Assembly: GCA_963726195.1 (NCBI GenBank)
Contig: CAVSBO010000018.1
Span: 55,894-119,893 of the forward strand
From: Candidatus Thorarchaeota archaeon
Lineage (GTDB): Archaea; Asgardarchaeota; Thorarchaeia; Thorarchaeales; Thorarchaeaceae
Length of the DNA: 64,000 nucleotides
Direction of reading: 5' to 3'
Below are positions 20,409 through 30,754 of this stretch, piece by piece. A program made the position numbers and the translations under genes. The first letter of the stretch is position 1; the number at the start of each line of letters is the position of its first letter. A model generated the notes under the pieces. It made no database searches. It worked only from the letters and a program-made list of their open reading frames with translations, and had not been told where the DNA came from.

Positions 20409-22880
20409 ATGTCAAAGTTCACAGCGAGAATCGAATCTAACCGATGGACTCCTGCGGATGAGCAGGCCCTCTTGGAGACGTGGGGCCAAGAGAACATCTA
20501 CGCTTTCGATTCCCACGCAAAGAATCTCTACTCAGTTGACACGCCGCCGCCATATCTCTCAGGGCACGTGCACATTGGTCAGCTTGTACACTATACGCAG
20601 ATTGACATCATCGCAAGATACCGACGCATGCAGGGCCTTGAGGTGAATTTTCCTCTGGGCATTGATCGCAACGGGCTTCCAGTTGAGCTCCGCGTGGAGA
20701 AGGAATTTGGCATGAACATGCGTACTACTCCACGGGAAGAATTCATTCGGAAATGCAAAGAGCAGCTCGACACGTACGAAGAAGAGGTGATCGAGAGCTT
20801 CAGGAGGCTGGGCATCGGTTTCAACACCTACAACGATGATGGAACATACAGAACTGACAGCCCAGAATACAGAGCTGTAACGCAAGCCACCTTCATCGAT
20901 CTTTGGAACCAAGGGCTCGTCTACAGCGACTACAGACCGAACAACTGGTGTCTGGACTGTGGCACGACCATCGCTGACGCAGAGGTGGAATACGAAGAAC
21001 GTCAAACGACTCTGTACTATCTCTATTTTCAAGTGGGTGGAATGGAGCCTATCAAGATTGCAACGACCCGGCCAGAGTTGCTTTGTGCATGCGGCGCAGT
21101 CTTCATACATCCTGAAGACGAGCGATATCGCAAGTACGTAGGCAAGAAGGCAAGAGTGCCAGTCTTCGATATTGATGTTCCAATCATCGAAAGTGCAACT
21201 GCACAGGTTGAATTCGGTACGGGTGCGTTGATGGTCTGCAGCTATGGTGACATGGCTGATGTGATGGCCTTCCGCAACTTCGGATTGAAGCCCATTCCGG
21301 CGATTTCTCCTGAGGGCAAAATGACAGATTCGGCAGGCAAGTACGCAGGACTCAGTACGAGCGAAGCCAAGAAGAGGATAGTCGAAGACCTGCGAACGAA
21401 AGGAATCCTCTACAAAGAGGAGCAGATCAATCAGAGGGTGCCTATTTGCTGGAGAAGCAAGACTCCCATTGAATTCATTGCGATGGACGAGTACTACCTG
21501 CGCCAGATTGAATTCACTGACGCATTGATGAGAATAGCTTTGGATATCAAGTTCTTCCCTGATTTCCATAGGCAGATTCTCATTGACTGGATTAACAGGG
21601 TCACCGCCGACTGGCCGGTGAGTAGGAGAAGGTTCTATGGAACGGAGATGCCAATCTGGTACTGCAATGCATGCGGACAGGCGGTCTTGCCCGAGCCCGG
21701 CGAGCTCAGATACTACCAGCCATGGCGAGAAGATCCACCATTCACCAAGTGTCCGAAATGTGGTGCCGAGAAAGGATTCAAGGGCGAAGAACGAACCTTT
21801 GACACTTGGATGGACTCTTCAATTTCCGGCCTGCAAATAATCGGATTCATGCGGGATGACGGTTTGTTCAGGAAAGGTTTTGGGAATGTAATCAGACCTC
21901 AAGGGAAGGACATAGTTCGAACATGGCTCTACTATTCGTTGCTTCGGACATATCAGCTGACAAAGAAGCCAGCCTTCAAGGAGGTATGGGTTTCAGGTCA
22001 TGTGGTGGACGAGAAGGGCGAAAAGATGAGCAAGTCCAAGGGCAACTCCCCACCACCAAAGCCCATCATTGACAAGTACGGAGCAGATGCAATGCGTTTG
22101 TTTGGAGTACTGGAAGCTGGACTGGGCAGTGATGTCCGCTTTTCGGAGGACAGACTCGCTGGTGTATCCAAGTTCATGACCAAGTTATGGAACATAAGTC
22201 GCTTTGTTTCCATGTTCCCTATCCCAAGCAGGCTACAATTCTCAGACTTGGCTCCCGTGGATCAGTGGATTCTGGCTGAAACGAACAAAATGATTGAGGG
22301 AATTGCTTCGGACTGCGAGCTACTGGATTTTCACAAACCCGCGACTGATGTGAAGTCCTTTGCATGGAGACTTCTTGCAGACCATGTGGTGGAAATGCTG
22401 AAGGCCCGCTGTCTGAACACTGATGGCACCTTCACCACTGAGGAGCAGCAGTCTGGCTGGTATGCTCTACATGAGACTCTAAAGGTTGTGCTCAAGGCTC
22501 TAGCTCCTGTAACGCCATTCGTGACAGACAGGGTCTACCGGGAACTGTACAACAAGAAAGGAATTCATCGTGAACAGTTTCCGACTCCCAAGACAGAATG
22601 GCAGAGCCGGTTGACGAAAGACACGAACCTCGTCATTCAGACCGATGCGGCCCTTTGGAAATTCAAACGCGACAATGACTTGTCGCTACGGCAGGGAATT
22701 CCCGAAGCATGTATTCCTGGAAAGCTGAAGCCTTGGGCCAAGGATTTCAAAGCTATGCATGGAATAGAGACACTTCGGTTCACAAAGCCCAAGGGAGCAG
22801 GCTTCATTCAAGTACCTATCCCGGAGACGGACGAAGTCATCTATGTCAAAGGGCCGCAAGTCTCGGCATCATCCAAGTGA
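20409..22880 (+). CDS. valS: Valine-tRNA ligase (archaeal type)
   Basis: DTPPPYLSGHVHIGQ (HIGH-like), ATTRPE, DTWMDSS, KMSKS. Confidence 0.95.
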   Translation: MSKFTARIESNRWTPADEQALLETWGQENIYAFDSHAKNLYSVDTPPPYLSGHVHIGQLVHYTQIDIIARYRRMQGLEVNFPLGIDRNGLPVELRVEKEFGMNMRTTPREEFIRKCKEQLDTYEEEVIESFRRLGIGFNTYNDDGTYRTDSPEYRAVTQATFIDLWNQGLVYSDYRPNNWCLDCGTTIADAEVEYEERQTTLYYLYFQVGGMEPIKIATTRPELLCACGAVFIHPEDERYRKYVGKKARVPVFDIDVPIIESATAQVEFGTGALMVCSYGDMADVMAFRNFGLKPIPAISPEGKMTDSAGKYAGLSTSEAKKRIVEDLRTKGILYKEEQINQRVPICWRSKTPIEFIAMDEYYLRQIEFTDALMRIALDIKFFPDFHRQILIDWINRVTADWPVSRRRFYGTEMPIWYCNACGQAVLPEPGELRYYQPWREDPPFTKCPKCGAEKGFKGEERTFDTWMDSSISGLQIIGFMRDDGLFRKGFGNVIRPQGKDIVRTWLYYSLLRTYQLTKKPAFKEVWVSGHVVDEKGEKMSKSKGNSPPPKPIIDKYGADAMRLFGVLEAGLGSDVRFSEDRLAGVSKFMTKLWNISRFVSMFPIPSRLQFSDLAPVDQWILAETNKMIEGIASDCELLDFHKPATDVKSFAWRLLADHVVEMLKARCLNTDGTFTTEEQQSGWYALHETLKVVLKALAPVTPFVTDRVYRELYNKKGIHREQFPTPKTEWQSRLTKDTNLVIQTDAALWKFKRDNDLSLRQGIPEACIPGKLKPWAKDFKAMHGIETLRFTKPKGAGFIQVPIPETDEVIYVKGPQVSASSK

Positions 22881-22921
22881 GGATTAGCTCGCCTCACGTT
22901 CCTCTGCCTGTGTCTATTGAC

Positions 22922-23368
22922 CTACTTCACGGTCACAGTGTTTTCATGCACGACTGGGCATTTCATGCTATTCGACACCAAACAGTATTTGCCAGCTAGG
23001 TCGAGTGCGCGCTCCGCCTTCTCTTTGATGTCCTCGGAGCCCACTGTAACCTTGGTCTTCAACACGATCTTTGTGAACTCGTACCCCTTCTCGACTTTCT
23101 CAAGTGTGCCGAATCCCTGACATGAAAACGAGTTGAAATCGAAGCGGATCTTTTTCGAGAAAGTAATGAACGTCGTCATGAAACATGCTGAGGCTGCCGC
23201 AACGAACATATCTTCCGGGGTCAGTATTCCACCGGGGCCCTCAAATTCCGGAGGCGGTGCAATCTGTACCTTCGGCTTTCCCTGAATGACAAGGTCGCCT
23301 AGACGATCGTGTTTCCAGTCTACCCTTACTTGGTACTCGTGCGTGTCTTGACTCAATGCCTTCGCCAT
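22922..23368 (-). CDS. OsmC/Ohr-family protein
   Basis: PEDMF...ASACF and KYCLVSNS two-Cys motifs. Confidence 0.9.
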   Translation of the reverse strand: MAKALSQDTHEYQVRVDWKHDRLGDLVIQGKPKVQIAPPPEFEGPGGILTPEDMFVAAASACFMTTFITFSKKIRFDFNSFSCQGFGTLEKVEKGYEFTKIVLKTKVTVGSEDIKEKAERALDLAGKYCLVSNSMKCPVVHENTVTVK

Positions 23369-23418
23369 TCATGGATTCTGACACCTAACGAAAAAGCGTT
23401 TGGGTGCGTATGAATGAG

Positions 23419-23850
23419 CTAGCCGACTACGACTGTATTCTCGTGTTCAGTTGGACACTTCATGCTATTAGACACGTAGCAGTACTTTGCACCCAGCTCG
23501 AGTGCTCTCTCAATCTTACTCCTAAGCTCTTCCGAATCTATGACAACTGTCGTTTTCATGTGGATTCCTGTAACCTCGTCACTCCTGTCCACTTTCTCTA
23601 GGGTGCCCTTGGCCTCAACTTCGAAAGACTTGAAGGCGACGTGCATCTTCTGTGTGAACACCACGAAAGAGTTCATGAAGCACACGGAGGCTGAGGCCAC
23701 GAAGAGTTCCTCCGGTGAGTGAAACTCAGTTCCTCCGGACTCGGGAGAGTGCCCGGTCCTTATCACCGGCCTATCGGCGACCAGCACATCGCCGGATTTC
23801 TCTCCAGTCCAGACAACCTTCACGTGATACTCATGAGTGTCTTCGCTCAT
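23419..23850 (-). CDS. OsmC/Ohr-family protein (tandem paralog)
   Basis: PEELF...SVCF and KYCYVSNS; clearly similar to 22922-23368. Confidence 0.9.
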   Translation of the reverse strand: MSEDTHEYHVKVVWTGEKSGDVLVADRPVIRTGHSPESGGTEFHSPEELFVASASVCFMNSFVVFTQKMHVAFKSFEVEAKGTLEKVDRSDEVTGIHMKTTVVIDSEELRSKIERALELGAKYCYVSNSMKCPTEHENTVVVG

Positions 23851-23894
23851 TGGATTGACCAGCTTGAGTCTGAGTCTTCTAGCGAATAAGGTTT

Positions 23895-24133
23895 AGGCAG
23901 GAGTTGAGCTTGGACCCTATGGACATAGTGTCTGAGGCCTTGTTGCCTTAGACCAGAAGAAATGGAGTACGCTTCTCTGGTTCGAAGAAGCAATCATCAG
24001 CAACTGAACTGGGCTCCTTAGGTCACTCGATGCGTTCGCTAGGAACGCGCCTAGCTCGGAAAAGGATACTGGCAGACGGAGACTTGAAGGGATGTTGGGC
24101 TGGTCCAGACACAGGGTTCACTCCAAGCCTTTT
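23895..24133 (+). ncRNA. Candidate structured RNA (unassigned)
   Basis: Ends pair (AGGC.GGAGT/ACTCC..GCCT, GGACCCT/AGGGTTC, TGGAC/GTCCA); internal hairpins; ends in TTTT. Confidence 0.3.
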
Positions 24134-24288
24134 CTACGTGACCTCAGCGAGTCAGCCCAGAAAGTAGCGGGCACTAGCACACTGTAGACCGAGCCGGATT
24201 ATGCAGGGAAGAACTGCGCTAGACGTTTGGGCGGCATGACTGGAAGCGCCTTTATTAGGATTGGGCGCTACCTGCCAGTTAATGGTGC

Positions 24289-25002
24289 GTGCACGTGACG
24301 GACAGGGGTAGTAGAAATACACTGCAGCTTCCGTTTGCTGCATTCGTACTCAGCATGATGGTTGTGGTACCAGTATTCGGCATAGTCGACTGCCGAAGCC
24401 TTGAATGGGGTGTTCTAGCAGGGACCCGGATCGATTATACGAGGGCTGGATACTCGGAAACAGGTAGTATTGCGTGGGACTTCTATATGGTCGTTACTTC
24501 GGTCCCAACTGTCCCTGACTACATCCTTGATTGGACAGGACTGGGCACGCCAGAAGTGCACTTCTTCTGGCTCAATGGCACAGAAATGTGGCCCGAGTAC
24601 CTGAGCTATTACAGCGCTCCTGGCCCGGTCCTGCCAGTCGGCAACTGGACGCTTATGGCGGACTTCGTCAACAGTGGATTCACTGTCAACGTGACTGAGT
24701 CGTACAACTACTGGGGATACTCATACACGCACCGATACGGCTCTTACGAGACTCGGGACCATGCTGACTTCTTGAAGAGAGACGGCGTACTCGCTCACCT
24801 TAATCTCGAGATTTGGAACACGAGCTCTAATATGAAACTCACAGAATCATCGACAACAAGAGCGGGTTTGCCCATTGACCTTCCCCTTCCTCCAATCATC
24901 CTTGATAACCTCGTCTACATTGGAGCAAGTGCCGCTGTTCTTCTAGTTGTCATCGTAGCCCTGAGAAGTCGTCGAGGGGTCAGGCTTTCAACTGAATTTT
25001 AA
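24289..25002 (+). CDS. Secreted/surface protein with C-terminal TM anchor
   Basis: Signal-like N-terminus, N-x-S/T sequons, C-terminal TM followed by RSRR; start uncertain. Confidence 0.75.
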   Translation: MHVTDRGSRNTLQLPFAAFVLSMMVVVPVFGIVDCRSLEWGVLAGTRIDYTRAGYSETGSIAWDFYMVVTSVPTVPDYILDWTGLGTPEVHFFWLNGTEMWPEYLSYYSAPGPVLPVGNWTLMADFVNSGFTVNVTESYNYWGYSYTHRYGSYETRDHADFLKRDGVLAHLNLEIWNTSSNMKLTESSTTRAGLPIDLPLPPIILDNLVYIGASAAVLLVVIVALRSRRGVRLSTEF

Positions 25003-25159
25003 TGATATTCCACGCGTGAAAACCTACTCACGGCAGTATCAGGAATTGTCGACTCCCAAGGTTTCTGAGTGGTGTGGATTCGCTGGAAGATAATTCGACT
25101 GCACAAGGGATGGCTACCGGAAGGAGGCAATCACCCTAAGCACAGCAAGAAAACGCGGA

Positions 25160-25234
25160 TGGTGGACCAGGCGAGAATCGGACTCGCGACCTTCTGAATG
25201 CGAATCAGACATTCTACCACTGAACTACTGGCCC
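25160..25234 (-). tRNA. tRNA-Ala(CGC); CCA encoded
   Basis: GGGCCAG/CTGGTCC acceptor with G3:U70; anticodon arm TCTGA-TT-CGC-AT-TCAGA. Confidence 0.95.
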
Positions 25235-25295
25235 ACTTGTTACGGACTGGCCGTTACTCGGTGACCGATGGCTGGCATCTTAAAACCTTGTCTGA

Positions 25296-25589
25296 TTAGA
25301 TTTCTATCCCAAAGGCTTCAGAGAAGTGCTCCACCCTCGCGAACTCTTTCAGGAACTCATGCCCCTTCTCTGTTAGCAGATAAGTCCGGTTGTTCTCGTT
25401 GTCATCAGTCGGTTTGATCAGTTCCTTCTGTACCAGCTCATCCAGATACTGTGTAAGTCTGTCGTGTGACAGGTTAGCAATGTAGAGAATCTTTGTCGGG
25501 CCTGCTCCGTTATCACCTTCGTCCTGTATGGCGCGCATCATGTCAGTGAGGATGCGCATCTTGGAACGATAGGTCTTCTTCGATTTCAT
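25296..25589 (-). CDS. Winged-helix (HTH_45-like) regulator
   Basis: RSKMRIL, TKILYIANLS, YL..L, YLLTEKG.EFL. Confidence 0.9.
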   Translation of the reverse strand: MKSKKTYRSKMRILTDMMRAIQDEGDNGAGPTKILYIANLSHDRLTQYLDELVQKELIKPTDDNENNRTYLLTEKGHEFLKEFARVEHFSEAFGIEI

Positions 25590-26206
25590 GTCTCCCGGCC
25601 CGCCCTAATCAGCATGACCAGGAGCGCAATGAACCCTAGGAACTGAAACACCTGACTCAACACATATCCTCTTTCAGCGTATACGGCTGAAATATGGCTT
25701 AGCAAGAGCAGACAGAAGCCCACCAATACGTAGAGCGCATAGCGGCTTCTTACTGCGAGGTAATTCATTGCTGACTGCAGCACGACCACCACGAGTATTA
25801 TTATAGCAACCACGTCCAGTCTTGGGTCGATGAGTATCGGCAGAGCCATGAAGAGGCCTAAGGTTGACGAATGGCCACCGCCTGTGGGTCGGGTGGAGAT
25901 TGCAAATAGAATGTAGGCCATAATCTTCATTGTGCCGTACGCTATCCTAACTACTGCAAAGAGAGTGTTCCCCTCGAAGGAGCTTACATCCCCTCCCTGC
26001 AGTACGAAGAAGTACCACGTTCCAATGACATGCCCAAACATGGCTGCTGAGAGAACAAGGAATCCGGTGGAAAGGTCTGAAAGCTTCTTCTGGCTAGTCA
26101 GTCTGAATGCCTTGTTCGCATAGTGGCTCACAGCTAGAGCAATGAAGCCAGCGATAGATTCCAGCAGAAGGTCCAATCTTATTGGTGCAAGCGCAAGGTT
26201 CTGCAT
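25586..26206 (-). CDS. Multi-pass membrane protein coupled to the wHTH gene
   Basis: 6-7 TM helices; ATGA overlap. Confidence 0.8.
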   Translation of the reverse strand: MQNLALAPIRLDLLLESIAGFIALAVSHYANKAFRLTSQKKLSDLSTGFLVLSAAMFGHVIGTWYFFVLQGGDVSSFEGNTLFAVVRIAYGTMKIMAYILFAISTRPTGGGHSSTLGLFMALPILIDPRLDVVAIIILVVVVLQSAMNYLAVRSRYALYVLVGFCLLLLSHISAVYAERGYVLSQVFQFLGFIALLVMLIRAGRET

Positions 26207-26395
26207 GGATCATCGCCTCTTCTGGGTTCGTGCTCTCTGGTCTTATCGTCATTGTATGAATCATCTAGTCTTTTTGTCCAAATCGGTGACGGAGCAAGTC
26301 AGCTCAGGATGCATCTAGCACACTGTACGAATCGTCCAGAGGCTTCCTTCATCGACCCTTTATATATGCCAAGCAGTGTAATCATTGTGTTCCAC

Positions 26396-26947
26396 ATGAC
26401 GCACGCCAAGGAAGTAGTCATCGCAGCATCGGTTGCGGTCTTCGTCTTACTCTTAGTTTTGCCATCTTTGGCTGTCCCGGCGGACGCCGCCGCAGTGCTT
26501 GACAGACCTCAGACTGCAGCAGTGCAGGCTGGAACCGTCCTTCAGGTCGATGCACGCGGAGAAGGAAGCGCTAATGCCAGCGGTGGAATTGTGCGTGCAC
26601 TAACTTCCATGAGCTTGGTCTTCGAGCTGAGCGAGAGGGGTCCTCGTGGCGCTTCGTTCAGAGTGATGTCTGGATCTTTTGCACTCAATTCAACAGACTT
26701 TGTTATCACTGGAGGAACGGGAGTTGCTGGTCGCCCTGAGATGGGCAGGTTAAATGGTACTATTGTCTTCCTGTTCCATTTCAATATGACCGGACCAAAT
26801 GATACTATCACCGAGGTCGCTCTTCTCGGTATTGTGTTGAGACCTCAAGGGCGTGCCCCAGTCTTGGCGATGAGAGTGACGATGTCAATTGACGGCCTGA
26901 GCTGGCTTGTGAGACAGAGTGGCCGTATCCATATCGTGAGCAAATGA
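26396..26947 (+). CDS. Secreted beta-rich protein
   Basis: Signal peptide ending ...PADAAA; TTATATA upstream. Confidence 0.75.
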   Translation: MTHAKEVVIAASVAVFVLLLVLPSLAVPADAAAVLDRPQTAAVQAGTVLQVDARGEGSANASGGIVRALTSMSLVFELSERGPRGASFRVMSGSFALNSTDFVITGGTGVAGRPEMGRLNGTIVFLFHFNMTGPNDTITEVALLGIVLRPQGRAPVLAMRVTMSIDGLSWLVRQSGRIHIVSK

Positions 26948-27099
26948 TGGAAGAGACCGAGAACTGCAGGCAGCTGATATTGAGAATAATATCTCTGCCA
27001 GAGTGGCGGGGTCCAACCCGCCCTTCCATCACCTTTTATTGGTCGTTCACGGTGGACAAAGCACGTGGCTCGGCGAGTCCAAGGAGATGATCAGTTAAG

Positions 27100-27546
27100 T
27101 TGGACAAATGCTCAGTTTGTGGGAAACCGATTCCTCCCCTTGCAGCCCAGAGACTGAGACAGGCTCTCGGTGACAAACCACTGATGTGTCGACGGTGCAT
27201 GGCGATGAAGATTCGGTCAGGGCAGGAATCCGTTCTCGTCTGCAAAAGCTGCGGCGCGTCCATCGAACCCAATATCGCCCAAAGGATACTTGCAGCAAGG
27301 CGAAGAGGAATAGCTGCACCGCTGCTTTGTAAGAACTGCTACCTACGTCGCAGACAACGCACGACGATGCCTGAAGTGCCTACTCCAGATGCAGCAGCCG
27401 TCAGTGTCAGTGAATGGGCCTGTATGAAGTGCGGAGCAGCGCTTGAGCCTGAAGAGGTCGACCAGATTAGGCACGGGAAGACGGTTGAGTGCGTTTACTG
27501 TGGAAGTGCCATAACTCTGGATCTCTTTAGGCGAGGGCAGAAGTGA
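27100..27546 (+). CDS. Triple zinc-ribbon protein
   Basis: Six CxxC motifs in three repeats; SD GGAGATGA. Confidence 0.8.
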   Translation: MDKCSVCGKPIPPLAAQRLRQALGDKPLMCRRCMAMKIRSGQESVLVCKSCGASIEPNIAQRILAARRRGIAAPLLCKNCYLRRRQRTTMPEVPTPDAAAVSVSEWACMKCGAALEPEEVDQIRHGKTVECVYCGSAITLDLFRRGQK

Positions 27547-27636
27547 ATCTGCTTTGGCGTTTAGGTCTGCATGACATCATGTACCGTGCAGAAACAATGC
27601 CTTGGCGAAAAGAGCACCAGCAGCCTAGGAGGTCCT

Positions 27637-30249
27637 CTACTTCTGCTCTTCCTTCTCCTTCAGAATTGCCTCTACTCTAGATAGCCTATCCTTCAGCTCC
27701 TTGTTCTCCTTTTCGAGTGATTCGACGGACTTCCTTATTGAGTCAAGCTCTGTGACGTCCTTCTTCTTTCCGAGCGCTCTGATCGCCTCTCTTGCAGAGC
27801 GTACGACGCGTCCCTCGACTTGGCTATCGGAGATGTTCTGCAATGTAGGAATAAGGGCGGCATCACCGTATGCCTTGGCGGCACGAAGTGCACCTATTAC
27901 GACACGGAAGGACTTGTCCAGAAGGAGTCTCTCAAGGTCAGACTTTACTTCGGGCCGCTCTTTCTTGTATCGCTTGCCCAGACGTGCCAGCAACCCGGGG
28001 ATGATCCTTCTGATTTCGTCGGGGTTGCCGGGCTCTAAGAAGGGCTTGATGATATCGATTACTTCCTCTTTCTCAGTCTCAACAAGACCATTCAGATACC
28101 CTTGCTGTACGGTGTACTGCCAGCCCGGTTCAGCTGTTTTCAGGCCATCTCTAAGCAATTCAAAAGCATCATCATGTTGAGTCTTGCCTATGGATGTTGC
28201 CGCGGCTGCTACAACGAAGTAACTCTCCTGATCTTCGAGCATCTCCTTCAGTGCTTGGAATGCCTTATCGCTTCGATAGAACTGGCCCAAGGCGGTTGCC
28301 ACCGCAGTCCGCGCTCTCGTGTTTGTCAGATTGGTAGCCTTTAGGAGCTCGTCAAGTGCTGATTCGGTCTTCAGGGAGCCGAGAACCTTGGCGATTTCGA
28401 ACTGTACACCCCAGAACTTGTCTTCACGGAGTGCCTTTCCGAGTGCTTCTATGCTCTTGGGCGATGCCTTCTTTCCAAGAGCCTGTGCAGCCCTAATCCT
28501 CTGCATTACGCTAGTCCCGTTCAGAAGCTGCTCAATCAACATGGACTCCGGTGCATCGATAGTCGCATCCATCAGGACGGAATAGTCGGGATCAACCACT
28601 ATCTGCTTAGGTTTCTTCTTCACCGGATAGTAGAAGGAGTGAATCCGTTCAGTTACTTGCATGGTGTATCTCACACGGTTATTGTCATCGTCTACGAATT
28701 CTACGACAAACGGAAACATGAAGACATCCGGCGTCATGCCATCTCCTTTCTGGGTTTGTTCGATTTTGACCAAAGCATGACCACTCTTCTCATCATGCGA
28801 ACAGGTGATCTTGCATTCAGGATAACCTGCCTTGTACAGCCACTGCTCGAAGAACCATCCAAAGTCCTCTCCGGTCATCTCCGAGAAGAGTTCCTCGAGG
28901 TTGTGAGTGTAGACGGAGTGAAAGGAATAGCGGCCCAGCCATTCCCCAAGAATCTTCCACCATCTCTCTTCTCCGACAAGATGCTTCAGCATGTAGTATC
29001 TCCAAGCCCCTCCCGGGTAAAGGTGTCTGTCAAAGACATCTCCTCCTCGTTCCCATTCGTTCTGTACTATTGGTCGTCTGTAACTCTCCTTGTCTTCTTC
29101 GAAGTAGGATAGCTGCTTACCGTACTGCTCGTACAGATACTCGTCGTCTCCCTTGTCATGGCGCTTCCATTCGTTCTGCATCTGAGTAGCCCAACCTTCG
29201 TTGAGCCAACCGTGAGACCACGTACGGCAGGTAACAAGATCGCCGCCCCACGTGTGCGCGAGCTCATGTGAAACCAGACCATCCGAATCAATATCCAAGT
29301 GAGCTTTCTCATCATGTAGTGTCGCGTCCGTGAGAGTCGTGGCGCTCACGTTCTCCATACCGCCGTAGATGAAATTCGCCACGACGACCTGAGCATACTT
29401 ATCCCATGGGAATTTGACACCGAGTTTCTCGCTAAAGAACCGAATCATCTCGGGTGTCTTTTCAAACGAGCGGTATACGGTCTCCCTGTCCCACTTGGAA
29501 TGTGCATAGTAACTTACTTCAAGCCCATCGAGGTCCTCCTTGTACTCCACAAACTGGGAGACCGCGATTGTAATCAGATAGGCAGGCATCCTTTTCTCGT
29601 TCAGCCAGTGAAATGTTTCCGTTCCATCACCATTGTTCTTTCTGTCCATGAGGACCCCGTTTGACATTACATAGAAGCCCTCAGGCACTGTCACGAAGGT
29701 CTCGACGGAGTGCTTGTGGCTGGGGTTATCATAAATGGGTACAACATAGCGGGCGTAATCATCCTGTAGCTGGGTCCACGCGCTGGTCTCAACACTGGGA
29801 AACTCGGGGCATGGCTTGGTGAAGAACAGACCGGCCCTTGGATGGTCTATGGTGTAGGTGAATATCAGTTCCTCCTTCTCTCCCTCTGAAAGGTGGTTGG
29901 TCAATAGCACCACTAGGTGCTCGTCTTCCGCTCGAAGCTCCCACTCCAACTCGTTATCCTGTGAGTCCCTCACTCCACTGACATTGAGTTCTGCTGCGTG
30001 TAGAACTACTTGGCCCAAATCGGGCACAATTGATTTGATTCTCAGCTTGGATATAGCATCTACATGCTCTCTCTCTAGGTCCATTTTCCAATCTATGACA
30101 AGATGCTCCACGTCGTAATGGCGTGGTGGAGCCCATTGGGGATGGGCCGTGGGAAAGGCAAAGGGCTCGCGATCTGCGAGCAATTCCATTTCTGCTTCAC
30201 GGATATCACCACGGATTAAAGATTCAAGATAACGATGGAAGTCGGTCAT
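27637..30249 (-). CDS. M1 aminopeptidase with HEAT repeats and a C-terminal coiled coil
   Basis: GGMEN, HELAH...WLNEG zinc motif; HEAT repeats (AAQALGK, AATSIGK). Confidence 0.92.
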   Translation of the reverse strand: MTDFHRYLESLIRGDIREAEMELLADREPFAFPTAHPQWAPPRHYDVEHLVIDWKMDLEREHVDAISKLRIKSIVPDLGQVVLHAAELNVSGVRDSQDNELEWELRAEDEHLVVLLTNHLSEGEKEELIFTYTIDHPRAGLFFTKPCPEFPSVETSAWTQLQDDYARYVVPIYDNPSHKHSVETFVTVPEGFYVMSNGVLMDRKNNGDGTETFHWLNEKRMPAYLITIAVSQFVEYKEDLDGLEVSYYAHSKWDRETVYRSFEKTPEMIRFFSEKLGVKFPWDKYAQVVVANFIYGGMENVSATTLTDATLHDEKAHLDIDSDGLVSHELAHTWGGDLVTCRTWSHGWLNEGWATQMQNEWKRHDKGDDEYLYEQYGKQLSYFEEDKESYRRPIVQNEWERGGDVFDRHLYPGGAWRYYMLKHLVGEERWWKILGEWLGRYSFHSVYTHNLEELFSEMTGEDFGWFFEQWLYKAGYPECKITCSHDEKSGHALVKIEQTQKGDGMTPDVFMFPFVVEFVDDDNNRVRYTMQVTERIHSFYYPVKKKPKQIVVDPDYSVLMDATIDAPESMLIEQLLNGTSVMQRIRAAQALGKKASPKSIEALGKALREDKFWGVQFEIAKVLGSLKTESALDELLKATNLTNTRARTAVATALGQFYRSDKAFQALKEMLEDQESYFVVAAAATSIGKTQHDDAFELLRDGLKTAEPGWQYTVQQGYLNGLVETEKEEVIDIIKPFLEPGNPDEIRRIIPGLLARLGKRYKKERPEVKSDLERLLLDKSFRVVIGALRAAKAYGDAALIPTLQNISDSQVEGRVVRSAREAIRALGKKKDVTELDSIRKSVESLEKENKELKDRLSRVEAILKEKEEQK

Positions 30250-30695
30250 AGTACTACACCTATTCATGCATTTAATTCATCGAGCTGCTAGGAAGGAATA
30301 CCGCTCTGGATGTTAATCTAGCCTGTCTCGGGCCTGAAATAAACTCTATCATCTCTGTTTGAGGCTCGCGTGCCTGAATTGCGGCTCTTGTGAGGAATGA
30401 GAAGGCCTCTAAGGCTCCCTTCAAGGAGCATTTCTTAGGCGAATGCCCTCTCCGACAATCCTGAGCACAGATGGACCAGCCACCACGGAAAGGCATGCTC
30501 CGGACTTCAAGCCACTTGGAAAGCTTTTTATTGTATCGGGGGATTGTATGGTTGCTTCGCGTCATACGGTGTCAGGTCTGATGCAGAAGGCGAATGCCGA
30601 GCGATGATGACCGGTGCCTCCAAGCGCGATCAAATGATGCGGACCGGAGATAGACCGGCGCACGGTTGTGCCGGAATGCCCTCGGGTCTAAGACA

Positions 30696-30754
30696 TGCTC
30701 AACAGTGTGCAGGCTAGATGGGTAGGCTCTCCTAGCTATCCACTACGCCTGTAC
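30696..30754 (+). other. 5' arm of the pre-16S processing stem
   Basis: TGCTCAACAGTG (30696-30707) pairs with CACTGTTGAGCA (32507-32518); GCTATCCAC (30735-30743) pairs with GTGGATAGC (32473-32481). Confidence 0.8.
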
